NCBI GenBank assembly: GCA_963514005.1
Contig: OY740781.1
Coordinates: 160,022,001-160,086,000, forward strand
Direction of reading: 5' to 3'
DNA length: 64,000 nucleotides
DNA from: Raja brachyura
Taxonomy: Eukaryota
Shown here: positions 12,239 through 24,903 of the stretch, piece by piece
How positions within the stretch are numbered: position 1 is the stretch's first letter
How the letters are laid out: each line of letters begins with the position of its first letter
Notes under the pieces: model-generated
Told to the model about the DNA's origin: nothing
The model's database searches: none
Seen by the model: the letters and a program-made list of their open reading frames with translations, nothing else
Made by a program: the position numbers and the translations under genes

Positions 12239-13719
12239 ATCTCAGATACATTACAAGTGTATAACAGTAGTGCATTGAGACAGTGTACAGAGTCGCCAAT
12301 TTGGCACCATTGTCAAGTCCCAGTTGTTGTAGGTGCAGGGATATTGATCTGACCATGAAGGTCTGTTGTCCTGGTGGCGTTGCAGGGCCGGCCTGGCCAA
12401 GCGTGGCCTCGGTGTCCCCCGCCGCTGCTCCACCGCTGCGGGCCGCGTCAGGTCCACGTGCTCCGGCTCCGTCCGACGCAGGCCCCCAAAGTGTGCGTCC
12501 GCCACCACCAATCCCATCGGTCTCCTCGGTAGCAAATTCAATGACAGCGCTTGTATCAAGAGGACTGGAGTAGAAAAACAAGAGATGTAATACCGAGGCG
12601 CTGGTCGGGCCGCATCTGGAGCAAATGTGGGCCCCGTATCTGAGGAAGGATGTGCTGGCTCTGGAGAGGGTCTAGAGGAGGTTTACACGAATTATTCCAG
12701 GAATGAGTGGGTTGGCAAATGATGAGCGTCTGACAGCACTGGGAAAAGGAGGTGAGGAGGAACTTCTTTAGTCGGAGGGTAGTGAATCTGTGGAACTCAT
12801 TGCCACAGAGGGCCGTGGAGGCCAAGTCAGTGGATGTTTTTAAGGCAGAGGTAGACACATTCTTGATTAGAACGGGTGTCAAGGGTTATAGGGAGAAGGC
12901 AGGAAAATGGGATTAGGAGGCAGAGATCAGCCATGATTGAATGGCGGAGTAGACTCGATAATCCTACTCGTATAACGTGGTCTTGTACCCGTCCAGCTCT
13001 CACTGAGACCAACGTGCCTGGATGAGGCCTCCTTCCGGGTTCCCGATCCATAGCCGTGGCTCGGCGGGAAGCGGGCTAATCTTACCAATTTACCAGAATT
13101 ATTCTATCGCCTCAATGTCAAAAAACACTGCTAATTCTAATGCAATTTCCTTCAACCTGCTTTGAACAAAATTAAATGTTTTGATTGTTGGTAAAATGGT
13201 GCAAAACAAAGATAACTAACATATTTTTACATCCAATACATTAAATGTCGTAAATTGTACAATCTTATTTATTTTGAAACACTACATACAGATTTTGGCC
13301 TCGTGTACTTTGTAGAAGCAGGAAGTTGGGGAGGGGGTGGTGAGGGGATGGGGGGGGGGGGGGGGAAGGGGTGGTGAGGGAGTCAGTGGTGACCTGGACA
13401 ATAAAGATGGGGAGTAAGTGATGCTCATGTCCCTAACACAGCCTTGAGGGCAGCTCAAAGTGGCATTGAGATTCTGAGTATGGTGTGCGACTGAACATGG
13501 AGGCATCCCCTCACCATTCCCCTCACCATCAACACGATGTAGATGTAGGATTTTTAATTTTTTTAAATTTTATTCGTATGACTGTATGGGAAATAGCATT
13601 TTGTTGTCTCTTACTTGAAGACAATGACAATAAATTGTATTTTTTTTTTAAATCACATACTCTTGCCCATTGGACAGTTCAGGGGTAACATCAGCTTGAG
13701 AAAATGCCCAACCTTCACT

Positions 13720-14020
13720 TCTCTTCTCCCCTCTCCTCTCCTCTCCTTTCCATCCCCTCCCACTTCCCCCCACTCTCCTCTCCTATCCCCTCTTCTCCCC
13801 ACCCCTTCCCCCCCACCCTCCTCTTCGCCAACCCTTACCCTTCCCCACTCCCCCCCACTCCTCTCCTCCCCCCCCCCACTCTCCTCTCCTCCCCTCTCCT
13901 CTCCATCCCCTTCCCCACCTCCTACCTTTCCCCCACTCTCCTCTCCTCCCCCCCCCCCCCACTCCTCTCCTCTCCTCCCCCCCCCCCCCCCCCCCCACTC
14001 CTCTCCTCCCCCTCCCCCCA
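13720..14020. repeat. C/T-rich low-complexity tract
   Basis: Degenerate (CCTCT)n and poly-C; source of spurious Pro/Ser and Gly ORFs. Confidence 0.9.
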
Positions 14021-14172
14021 GATGAACTGCAGACTACTACCATGCACTATAGAACCTTGTAGATTCCTCAAGTCTACATTCAGGGAACAGGAAACTTTAT
14101 CCTGAAGATAGACACTAAATGCCTGGAGTATCTCAGCGGGACAGGCAGCATCTCTGGTGAGAAGGAGTGGGT

Positions 14173-14200
14173 GACGTTTCGGGTCGAGACCCTTCTTCAG
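14173..14200 (-). ncRNA. Minimal type I hammerhead ribozyme core in a Penelope-derived unit (consensus-like copy)
   Basis: Minus strand CTGAAGA-AGGGTC TC GACCC-GAAAC-GTC: both catalytic boxes, a helix II, a loop-less palindromic helix III (ACGT) and a GUC cleavage triplet. Confidence 0.75.
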
Positions 14201-15467
14201 ACTGAGAGTCAGGAGAGAGGGTGTATAGAGATATAGACAGGTAAGGTGTGAAAAGACAGTGTGAAGGGAGATTTGGATCTTGGACTGACCTTAATATTGA
14301 TATCACGTACCTGAAGGTGCTTCTGTTTGCTTGGTGGGTTAGTTCAAATCTGGACTGGCTCAATGCCAGTAAAGTACTCTTCCCTCAGCGAAAGGCAGTC
14401 CAAATTAAAGCATTCCAGCCAAGCTAAGATTAAATTAAGACGTAGACACAATACACTGCAGATGCTGGTTTACACAAGAAGACACAATGCTGCCTGTGCT
14501 ACTACAGCTCTTGGTGTCTTTCTTTAAGATTAAATTAAAATGCCCTTTAGTTTATTTAAATAGGGAGTGTGAGTTCATGTGTTAGATATCCAGCCTTACA
14601 TACCACATACCTTTCCCAGTAGGTCCAATCATTACACATTGGATATAACTGATGGATAGACAATTGCTGTTGGCTCCACTGCAATAAACACCAGGTGTCT
14701 TCACATTCACTATCACAAAAGTGCATCTCGTCCACATTCACAAGCTTTAAAGACATTAGCACCTTATCAGCCAGTCTCATCAGCTGAGTGTGGTCACCAT
14801 TACTTAATCACATCTACTGACTAATCCTTCAGGATACTTTTTCTGTTTCAAGACACATAAACAAAAAAAATATCATTAAGGCAGCAGACCTATATTCACT
14901 GGTTTAGTTTAGCTTGAAGATACAGTGGGGAAACAGTCACTTCGGCCCACCCAGTCCGCGCCGACCGGCGATCCACGCACGTTAACACTATCCCACACAC
15001 ACAAGGGACAATTTACACTTATACCAAACCCATTCACCTACAAACTTGTACGTCTTTGGAGTGCGAGAGGAAACCGAAGATCTCGGAGAAAACCCAAACT
15101 GTCACGGGGACCAAGGTACAAATTTCATATAGACAATAGACAATAGGTGCAGGAGTAGGCCATTCGGCCCTTCGAGCCAGTGCCCGTAGTAAGCGCTGTA
15201 AAGCATCAACTCGACCGCTGTGCCACCGTGCCGCACGGTTGTGAGCTGAGGCCACAAGGAACTGCAGAAGCTGGTTGGTCTCTTGAGCAAAATATAAAGG
15301 TCTGAAGGGAATCAGTGGGTCAGGTGGCATCTGTGGATGGAATGACAACTTTAATGCTTACAAAGATCTTTCTTCACCCTGAGCATGTTATGAGAGTATC
15401 AGAGCAGTTCTACATCACACTGTCCTACCATAATCTGCAGCACTGTTTTAAATCACAGTAAATCAAG

Positions 15468-16345
15468 TCACTTTTGCCTAGACCACGGGATGTTCAGTAA
15501 CCCCAAGTCGGCCGATCTGAGGGACCTGGAGGTGGTGTGGTGGGTGAGCAGACTATTGATGTAGGTGGGGGCAAGCCCATTGAGGGCTTTGTAGACATAA
15601 AGAAGGATCTTGAAATTTATTCGGAACCGCACAGGGAGCCAGTGGAGAGTGGCCAGGATCGGGGTGATGTGGTCCCTTTTTCGGGTGCCCGTCAGGAGTC
15701 TCGCTGCGGCGTTTTGGACCAGTGGCAGGCGGGACAGGGATGATTGGCTAATGCCAGTGTAAAGGGAGTTGCAGTAATCGGGGCAGGAGGAGATAAATGT
15801 GTGGCTGATCTTTTCGAGGACATCAAACTGGAGGAATTGTTTTATTTTAGCTGTAGTCCGAAGCTGGACAAAGCTAGCTTTTACCACGGCATTGACTTGT
15901 TTGTCAAACTTCAATGCTGAGTCAAATATCACACCAAGGTTTTTGACGTGAGGTTTGAGTAGTGGGGTAAGGCTTCCAAGGCTGCCTGCTATCATTTTGA
16001 TTGAGTCCGAGGGGCCGAGAAGGATGACTTACTCTCTTTTAGTTCTGGGCCATCCAACACTTTATATCCTCGGGGCGATGGATATTAAGTAGATTTGATT
16101 GTTTTTTGGGCTTCTGGGGGAGGTACAGTTGTGTATCGTCTGTGTAGCAATGGAAGGAAATGCCGTGCTTTTCAATGACTTGGCCTAAGGGGAGCATGTA
16201 CAGGGAGAAGAGAATGGGTCCAAGGATGGAGCCTTGTGGAACCCCACAGCAGAGGCTAGCTGGGGAGGAAAAAGAGTTGCCTATGTTAGTAGAGAAACTC
16301 CTACCTTTGAGGTAGGAGATGAACCAGCTCAGGGCAGTGCCATCA
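15468..16345 (-). mobile_element. L2-clade LINE RT fragment
   Basis: GVPQGSILGPILFSLYMLPLG and YTDDTQLY-like motifs upstream; ORF 15468..15995 KNLGVIFD...DYCNSL...QNAAARLLT...HITPILATLHWLPVRFRINFKILL. Confidence 0.9.
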
Positions 16346-17541
16346 GTATATACTGATGCTTATATATTCAGCGATTTACAGTATGTTCTAGATAGCAAAA
16401 CAAAAGCACTGGAGGAACTCAGCAAGTCAGGCAACATATGTGAGGGGAGGGGAAAGGTCTGAAGAAGGATCCCAACGCAACGTGTCGTCTGTTCATTCAC
16501 TGCACGGACGCTGACTGACCTGCTGATTTCTCCAGCACTTTGAATTGTATTGTCTGGTCAACGGATATTTTTAAGGCAGAGATAGATAGATTCTTGATTA
16601 GTGTGGGTGTTAGGTTATGGGGAGAAGGCAGGAGAATAGGGTAGAGAGGGAGAGATACATCAGGCAAGGGTGAATGGTGGAGTAGGCTTGATGGACTGAA
16701 TGGCCTAAGTCTGCTCTTATCACTTATGAACTTATGAGAGAAGTGTTAAATATTGCAGGTGCCTTTTCTGAGTTTGTAGATTGTACAGTAGGTTCAATCC
16801 TCCTCCAGAAGCTCAAAATTTTTTTTAATCACGAGTATTTTTTTACTCGTGGACATTTGTCAGTGTTGAAAAAACGTCACGAGTTTACTGGATGTCCCGA
16901 GTACCTACCGTTACTCGTACGAGCCGCTACGGGACATCCACGAACTCCTACGGACCCGCTACGGACATTCTCCGGGTTCGAATCAGGGGAAAACTCGGGA
17001 GAACTCTTGAATTACCTCGTAGAGTGGGACAGGCTCTGATTTATTGTCATGTGTCCCAGATAGGACAATGAAATTCTTGCTTGCTGCAGCACAACAGAAC
17101 ATGTAAACATAGTACATAATGAGAGAAGAAAACAAGTTCAGTGTGTGTATATACATGCGCACACACTCAATAAATAACAAATATAGTGCAATAATAATGA
17201 TAGACTGTTGCAGTTCAGACATAAGATCTTATGTTAAATCTTGAGACATGAGAACCAGTAGATACTGAGCGGGTCAGGCAGCATCTGTGGAGGGAACTGA
17301 CAGATGGCGTTTCATGTCGGGACGCTTCTCGTTTATATTAAATCTCCGCTGTTCTGGTAGAATCCAAAATATATTGCTGGGTAATTTCACAAAGAAAAGC
17401 AGGGTCTTACTGGGAGCGAGCAAGTGTCTTCTTGCTTGGAACAGATGATCGGACCATTTATCAGATTGTTATTGCAAAATACATTTCATTGACAGTGCAA
17501 AGAATTCTACAAAGAATTCACCACCTTCTCACTAAAGCCTG

Positions 17542-17890
17542 TTCACGACCAGTCACCGCTACCGTTAGATTGTAAGCTACTCAAGCGGAATATGAGGTGC
17601 TGTTCCTCCAGTTTGTGTGTCTCCCCACTCTGGCAACGGAGGAGGTCCAGAATGGAACGATCAGCATGGGAATGGGAAGGGGAGTTAAAATGGTTAGCAA
17701 CAGGCCTTGGTAGACCGAGCGAGCGCAAGTGTTGGGAGAGGATAGTCCATTCTTGTCTCGCCGATGTAAAGGAGGCCACGTTGGGAACACTAACTGCAGT
17801 AGATGAGGTCGGAGGAGTTGCAGTCTGTATCACGGGAAGGACTGCTAAGGGTCCCTGGATGAATGTGAGGGAGGTGTAGGAACAGGTGTC
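17542..17890 (-). mobile_element. Penelope-like GIY-YIG endonuclease fragment
   Basis: ORF 17543..17833 contains PVANHFNSPSH...KLEEQHLIFRLSSLQ; a neighbouring frame has an LLYIGET-like motif. Confidence 0.75.
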
Positions 17891-18718
17891 TTGGACTTGC
17901 TTGACCAGAGGTGAAGATGGCTCTTAGCACAGGTCTTCGTTACTGGCAGATGGAGTACAATGTGCAAAATTGTGAAATCGCCCATTTTAGCATAGAGTCA
18001 TAGAGTGATACAGTGTGGAAACAGGCCCTTCGGCCCAACTTGCCCACACCAGACAACAATGTCCCAGTTACACTAGTCCCACTAGCCCGGGCTTGGTCCA
18101 TATCCCTCCAAACCTGTCCTATCCATGTACCTGTCTAACTGTTTCTTAAACAGTCCCAGCCTCAACTACCTCCTCTGGCAACTTGTTCCATACACCCACC
18201 ACCCTTTGTGTGAAAAAGATACCCCTCAGATTCCTATAAAATCTTGTCCCCTTCACCTTGAACCTACGTCCTCTGGTCCTCGATTCCCCCTATTCTGGGC
18301 AAGAGAGTCTGTGCATCTATTCCTCGCACGAAAACAATATTAAAAAACAACATATTGGATAAACAATGAGGAATTGCAGAACCCGGATTCAGAGAGTAGA
18401 AACAAGGAACTGCAGAAGTTTTCAACAAAAAAAAAGACACAAAGTGCTGGAGTAACTCAGTGGGTCAGGCAACATTAGTTTTGGATCCTTACAATATGAT
18501 AGGACTTTATTTATCCCAGGGGTGAAATTGATCTGCCACCAGTCATAAAACACAAAATACATGAAGCATGAAATTAAAGTGACGAGTGGAAAGGACTTCT
18601 CCAGATATGGAGGGTTTTGGGTATCCTAGTGCACAAATTGAGAAAGGCCTGTATGCAGGTACTGTGAGTAGTTAAGAAAGCAAGCAGAACTCAAATTATT
18701 ACGAGGGAAATTGAGTAA

Positions 18719-18934
18719 AAGGCCTGTCCCGCTTACGCGTTTTTTTTCGGCAACTGCCGGCCACCCGTCATAGTCGCAGCAGGTCGCCGAACATTTTCAA
18801 CATGCTGAAAATCCAGCGGCAACCAGAAAATGGTTGGACTCTTTGGGTGACTACTCACGACCGTACAGGTGTCACCCCGCGACATGTTGCGATTAATGAC
18901 GGGTACCGGCTGTCGCGTAATTAGGACAGGCCCT
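18719..18934. mobile_element. PIF/Harbinger-type MITE
   Basis: AAGGCCTGTCCCGCTTACGCG...CGCGTAATTAGGACAGGCCCT; TAA/TGA flanks. Confidence 0.75.
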
Positions 18935-19046
18935 TGAGGAGTTTGTGTTTCATTAGTGTAAGACATTGGTAGGAACATGTTTGAGGCACTGTTGACAGTA
19001 TTGTTCTCATTAATTAAGTATGCTAATGCGCGTGAGCAGTTCAGAT

Positions 19047-19446
19047 CAAAGTTCCTATAGTGAGCAAGATAGATCACTCGACGAGAAAGACGTAGTACGG
19101 TCATGGGCAGATTCATGGGTAATTTTCGGCCCCATTTCCGTAACCGGCTTCCGTCTCCGCACCAAAGATCCCGTAGCGGAGCAAAGATAACTAGTGCGGA
19201 GATGGAAGCCGTTTACGGAAACATCCTCGTAAAAATAAAAGTTCTTTGATAAAAATCGTCTCCTTATTTTCAGAATTATAATTTATTAACAAAAACTGTT
19301 CCCCCGCAACGGTGATTACACTGCGGGTCGGGTCGGGTTACTGAAATGGATGAAAAAAAGGCCCACATTCCGCTCCATTGCGTACTACACGTCAGCCCAT
19401 TGCATTTAGCAGGAGTGGTCTATCTTGCCCCGCTATAGGATCTTTG
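19047..19446. mobile_element. Non-autonomous hAT-type element
   Basis: ~30-bp TIR CAAAG.TCCTATAG..GAGCAAGATAGA.CACTC; 8-bp TSD gttcagat (19039-19046) / gttcagac (19447-19454); internal TIR-like copy near 19163. Confidence 0.75.
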
Positions 19447-19914
19447 GTTCAGACTGAGAAGGTCTACTAGAATATTATCTGGTGTGGACAGGTTGCCTTG
19501 TGAGGAAACGTTGGACTGGCTAGGCTTGCTTCCACTGGAACTTGGAGCGGTGATTATCGATGGAGATCCCAAATAATCTTTTCAGGTGGATGTGGAGAAT
19601 ATGGGTCTTTTCAAGGGAGAATCTGGAAATAAGGGACATTTAAAAAATAGTCATCTAATTAAGACAAAGATGAAGCATTTTCCCCCTCCGATGGTTATGA
19701 AGCCTGTTCCTCAATGGGCAGTGGAAGCAATCTTTGAATATTTTTTAAAATAGACAGATATTTGAGAAGAGGGTGAAGGGTAACCGCATGCAAACAGTAA
19801 CAGTGCTGAGATTACAATCTGATAAGGCGGATCATGCTCTAGCGGCCGAGTTGCCTACTCTTGCCCCAAATCGTATGTCAAATCAAATCAGATGTTCCAC
19901 AGCTGGGATCCAGT

Positions 19915-20455
19915 CATAGAAACATAGAATTAAAAAAAAAGTGCAGGAGTAGGCCATTCCGCCCTTCGAGCCCGCACCAACATTCAATATGATCATGGCT
20001 GATCATCCAAAATCAGTACCCCGTTCCTGCTTTTACCCCATATCCCTTGATTCCATTAGCTCTAAGAGCTATATCTAACTCTCTCTTGAAAACATCTAGT
20101 GAATTGGCCTCCACTGCCTTCTGTGGCAGAGAATGCCACAAATTCACAACTCTCTGGGTGAAGAGGTTTCTCATCTCAGTCCCAAAGATGCCATTTAGAA
20201 CGGAGATGAGGAAACACTATTTCACACAGAGTCGCGAGTCTGTGGAATTCTCTGACTCAGAGAGCGGTGGAGGCCGGTTCTCTGGAAACTTTCCCAAGAG
20301 AGCTAGATAGGGCTCTTGAAGATAGTGGAGTCAGGGGATATGGGGAGGAGGCAGGAACGGGGTACTGATTGGGGATGATCAGCCATGATCACATTGAATG
20401 GCGGTGCTGGTTTGAAGGGCCGAATGGCCTACTCCTGCACCTATTGTCTATTGTC
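19915..20455. mobile_element. Opposed CR1 3' ends
   Basis: Minus CR1 tail 19915-20185 joined to plus CR1 tail 20190-20455. Confidence 0.8.
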
Positions 20456-20974
20456 AGTCGTTTCGGGTTGAGACTCTTTTTCAGACTGATGTCACATTAG
20501 TCTGAAGAAGGGTCTCAAAACGTCATCCATTCCTTCTCTCCAGAGATGCTGCCTGTCCCGCTGAGTTACTCCAGCTTTTTGTGTGTGTATCTTTGGGATG
20601 TAGTCCTGTTTGTTTCTTTTTATTACATGGAGTGAGTTGAATAGGCTGATGACTTACTTCTGTGATGGTTGGGATCTCAGAGGGGGGTGACAAGATGGAT
20701 CATCTATTCTATTGAGTTGTACATGGTTGCAAATACTTTTGCCTGGTCTTTAGCACTCACGTGTAAGGTCTGCCACCATTGAAGACAGAGAGGGTCTTAG
20801 AACCTCCTCTTCCTGTTAGCTCTTTCATTGTCCATCAATATCAATAAGTGTATAATTCCCTGAAAGTCGCCACCCAAGTAGATCAGAGTGGTAAAGAAGG
20901 CATCTGGCATGTAGAAACAAAGAACTGGAGATGCTTGGGACTATACCAAAGATAGACACAAAGTGCTGGAGTAA

Positions 20975-21529
20975 AGGGCCTGTCCCACCAGCATGCAACT
21001 CTATGCGACCTAATGTGGTCGCTTGAGCCGTCCAGGGTTGCGGGGCCGGACCCACTTCGATTGCCAGAGCCGTGCGGAATTGTGCGGAGTTCGTCCCAAC
21101 ATCGCGCGGGGCTCTGAAAAACTGACTATGTTCAAAAATTCCGCGCGGCAACGACTTGTCGGCTCGCAGTCGCCTCGACGCATTACACACCGCCCCGACA
21201 TCGTGCCTCCGTGACCCTCTCTGTAGTTGCCTCCGTGACCCTCTATCTGTGTGGCTCCGTGGCCCTCTCTGTGTGTGCCTCTGTGCCCCTCTCTGTCTTG
21301 GCGAACTTACCTTTAAGACTTCGCTCCAAGTTCGCCTCACTTTGCGCCGCGTTGCGCCTCTCACCCGACCTCCGCGCGGCCCTCGCTGCCGATTTGGTCG
21401 CGCTTGCCGCATGCAGGCGCATGCTGGTGGGAACGGCCCTGTACAGGGATCACCCGACCTCTGCGTGGCCCCCGCTTCTAGTTTGATCGCGCTCATCGCA
21501 TGGAGTCAGATGCTGGTAGGACAGGCACT
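20975..21529. mobile_element. PIF/Harbinger-type MITE, same family as 5291-5779 (inverted)
   Basis: Splits the host repeat gctggagTAA|ctcagcgg and duplicates TAA (20972-20974 / 21530-21532). Confidence 0.9.
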
Positions 21530-22341
21530 TAACTCAGCGGAACAGGCAGCATTTGTAGAGAAAAGGGATGGGTGACGTTTCGGGTCAGATTCTGAAGCTG
21601 GGTCCTCTCCTGAAACGTCACCCATCCTTTTTCACCAGAGATGCTGCCTGACCCGCTGAGTTACTCCAGCACTTTGTGTCTACCTTTGGCGTATAGCATG
21701 CCTGCCTTCATTGCTCGGGGCAATGAGTATAAGAGCCAGGAAGTCATGATGCAGTTTTATAGGACATTGGTTTGGCAGCATTTGGTGTGTTGCGTATGGA
21801 GGGAGGGGGGGTGGGGGGGTGATGGATGTATGTTAAAAATATTAGCAGCATATATAGGGTAGTCAGAATCTTTTTCCCAGGATGGAAAAATAAAAAACTC
21901 AAGGGCATAGCTTAAAGATGAGAGGGGCAAAGTTTAAAAGAAATGTGTGGTGCAAATATTTTTGTGTTGAGCGTTTAGAACGTGTTGCCTGGGGTGGTGG
22001 TTGAAGCAGGTAAGTTAGTGGCATTTAAAGGACTTTTGAATAGGCACATGGATATGCAGGGGATGGGTGGATATGGGTTATTTGCAGTAGATGAACAATG
22101 GCCTTGGCATCATATTTGGCACAGACATTGTGGACCAAAGGGTCTGATCTTGTGCTGTACTGTTCTATGTCCCAGGAACGTCAAGCTTTGATTTCATTTG
22201 TTGGTTGTGAGATTGCTTTGGACTGTCTGATGCATTCTGTCTTTGTTGTCTAGCATGCATGTAGTCCCAATTGCACTGGGATGGCACCTCATCTTCTCTC
22301 AATTTGCCTCCGCATTGAACAAGATTTGATCCTTTGACTTA

Positions 22342-22779
22342 AGGGGCTGTCTCACTGCGGCGACCTAATTGGCGAGTTTAGGAGAGTTTGAAAAAAATGT
22401 CATGTTGAAGACCTCCTTCGGCTATGTAGAAGACCGCCTTCGACTATGTTGAAGACTATCTACGACTACCTTCAACTACCTTCGAGTACCCTCGACTACC
22501 CTCGATTACCTACGACTAACATGCCGACCTACTTCGACTAAACCTACGAGAAAAAAAAGTATCGATTTTTTCCATGGCGACCTTTTTTTACTCACGGGCA
22601 GTTTTCAACATGTTGAAAAAAGCGCCGCGACCTAGCTTAGTCCTCGAGTACGCGGGGACCACTCTCGAGCATGAAGGAGAGTTACAAAGACCTCCTAGGA
22701 CCTCGTGTCGACCATGAGTCGAGGGCAAACTCGCCAGAACTCGCAGATTAGGTCGCCGCAGTGGTAAAGGACAGCCCCT
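22342..22779. mobile_element. PIF/Harbinger-type MITE with internal CGACTA repeats
   Basis: AGGGGCTGTC.CACTGCGGCGACCTAAT...ATTAGGTCGCCGCAGTG..GACAGCCCCT; TTA TSD. Confidence 0.85.
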
Positions 22780-22914
22780 TTAACAGTAGTGACAGAGTGG
22801 GAGATACAAAATTACAGGTAATGATGGTGTACTTTCCTGTGGCTGCTGATAGTCCAAAAATGATGGCGCCAAATTTCAGCTGCCGGAAATGTTGTGATTT
22901 ACCGTACACTATTC

Positions 22915-23820
22915 CTTGGAGCGCAGGAGGATGAGGGGTGATCTTATTGAGGTGTACAAAATCATGAGGGGAATAGATTGGGTAAATGCCCAGAGTCTCT
23001 TGCCCAGTAGGGCAGTCGAGAATCAGAGGACATAGGTTTAAGGTGATGGGGGAAGGATTTAATAGGAACCTGAGGGATAATTTACACAGAGGGCAATGAG
23101 TGTATGGAATGATGCTGCTGGAAGAGGAAGTTGAGGCAGGTACTATCGCTACATTTAAGAAACATTTAGACAGGTACATGGATAGGTTAGGTTTAGAGGA
23201 TATGGACCAAGTGTGGCAGGTGGGACTGGTCTAGATAACACACTTTGTTCGGTGTGGACAAGTTGGGCCGAAGGGTCTGATTGCACGCAGTATCGCTTTA
23301 TGAGATGGAGACCATACACTCACCACCGTTTGTGTAAAGAAAGTTACCCCTCAGGTTCCTATTAAACCTTTCTCTCTTCACTTTAAACCTATGTCCTCTG
23401 ATTCTCAACTCCCCTACTGCTTCTTCCGTGTGGCGTGCACAGCCTAAAGTTGTTGGACAACTTGTTCTATTTGATCTTCCGTTTGTGCACGTTGAGTTGA
23501 TTGCATTAATCGGAACAGGGTGGGCCACGTGAAGGTTGGAATCTTCCACTCCGACTCCCCTACTCTGGGCAAGACACTCTGTGCGTTTACCCAATCTAAT
23601 ACCCTCATGATTTTTTACACCTCTAAGATCACCCCTCGTCCTCCTGCGCTCCAGGGAATAGAGCTCCAGCCTGTTTAATCCTTCCCCATCGCACAGCCCC
23701 CCCAGTCCTGTCTCCATCCCGGTAAATCTTCTCTGCACCCTTTCCAACTTGACAACATCATTCCTACAACATGGTGCCCAAAACTGAACACAATGAGGCC
23801 TCACCAACATCTTATATAAA
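22915..23820. mobile_element. CR1 fragments (+ 22915-23295; - 23320-23820)
   Basis: LERRRMRGDLIEVYKIM and LERVQRRFT motifs. Confidence 0.85.
23419..23552 (-). mobile_element. Same HDV-ribozyme-headed retroposon, copy B (decayed), inserted in a CR1
   Basis: Minus strand GGAGTGG AAG ATTCCA ACC TTCACGT GGC CCACCCT GT TCCGA T TAA TGCAAT ... CGCCACACGGAAGAAG; TSD aactcccctact (23407-23418) / gactcccctact (23553-23564). Confidence 0.78.
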
Positions 23821-24903
23821 CTCCAATATTGTCTCCATAAGGACTGTGGAGTGATGCCATTGCAATCATGGACTAACGCATCCATCATGTATAAATTGTT
23901 GATGAAGAACTACTTGCTGTATGGAACAGAGGATTGTGAGCAGGCCCTTCGGCCCAAGGTGTCTAAACCAACAATTATATCATTTTAAACTAATCCCATC
24001 CACCTGCGACTAGAGAGCAGTCCTGAACTACTATCTTCCTCATTGTTGACCCCCCGGGCTATCTTCGATCGGACGTCACTGGCTTTACCTTGCAGTAAAC
24101 ATTATTCCCTGTGTAAGGCTCGATTGTAACCATGTATTGTCTTTCCGCTGACTGTTTAGCACGCAAACAACAGCTTTTCACTGTACCTCGGTACACGTGA
24201 CAATAAACTCAAACTGAACGCTAAAAACAAAAATTGAAAACAGCACATTGTAAGATCCAGTGAGACAGCTATCCCCTTCAGAGCTCTGCCGGCTTGGCCT
24301 TTGGTGGTGTTATCAACCACTCTCAACCCAAGGGTACATTCTGCACCCTTGCTGTTTTCAGTGCACCTTCCGAGAGGCAGAAATCAGGAGGCGGTTTCCT
24401 AGTCTATTTTTTTTACTCCTTGCCATGAGATTACATGGCATCTGGAGTTGGCGATGAGAACTATAAAGTCCATTCTCTCCGTCTCTCTCTCACTGTGCCA
24501 CTGATGGGTCTGTCCTGTTCGCACCAACCAGCGATCCCCGCACATTAACATTGTCCCACACACACTGGGGACAACTTACATTTATGTCAACCCAATTTGC
24601 CTACAGACCCTGTACGTCTTTGGAGTGTGGGAGGAAACTGCAGTACTCGGGGAAAACCCAAGCAGTTCACAGGGGGAACGTACAAACTCCGTACAGACAG
24701 CACCCGTATCAGGATCGAACCTGGGTCTGTGGCGCTGTAATGCAGTACCTCTAACCGCTATGCCACCGTGCTGCCCAGAGATTGAATGGTCCACTGCTAT
24801 CTCTATTGGAAATGAAACTAATGGACTCTGTGTAGGGTCATGTTCACATCCTAGTAGCTTGCGGTGTACTCTTGGTTAGACATCCCACGATCTTGCCTAA
24901 TGA

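Noticed and set aside
13615-14105. Pro/Ser-rich extensin-like ORFs
   Set aside because: Translation of a C/T low-complexity tract.
22410-22550. Short CGACTA-type direct repeats resembling an array
   Set aside because: Internal repeats of a MITE with no unique spacers; not CRISPR, and the DNA is vertebrate.
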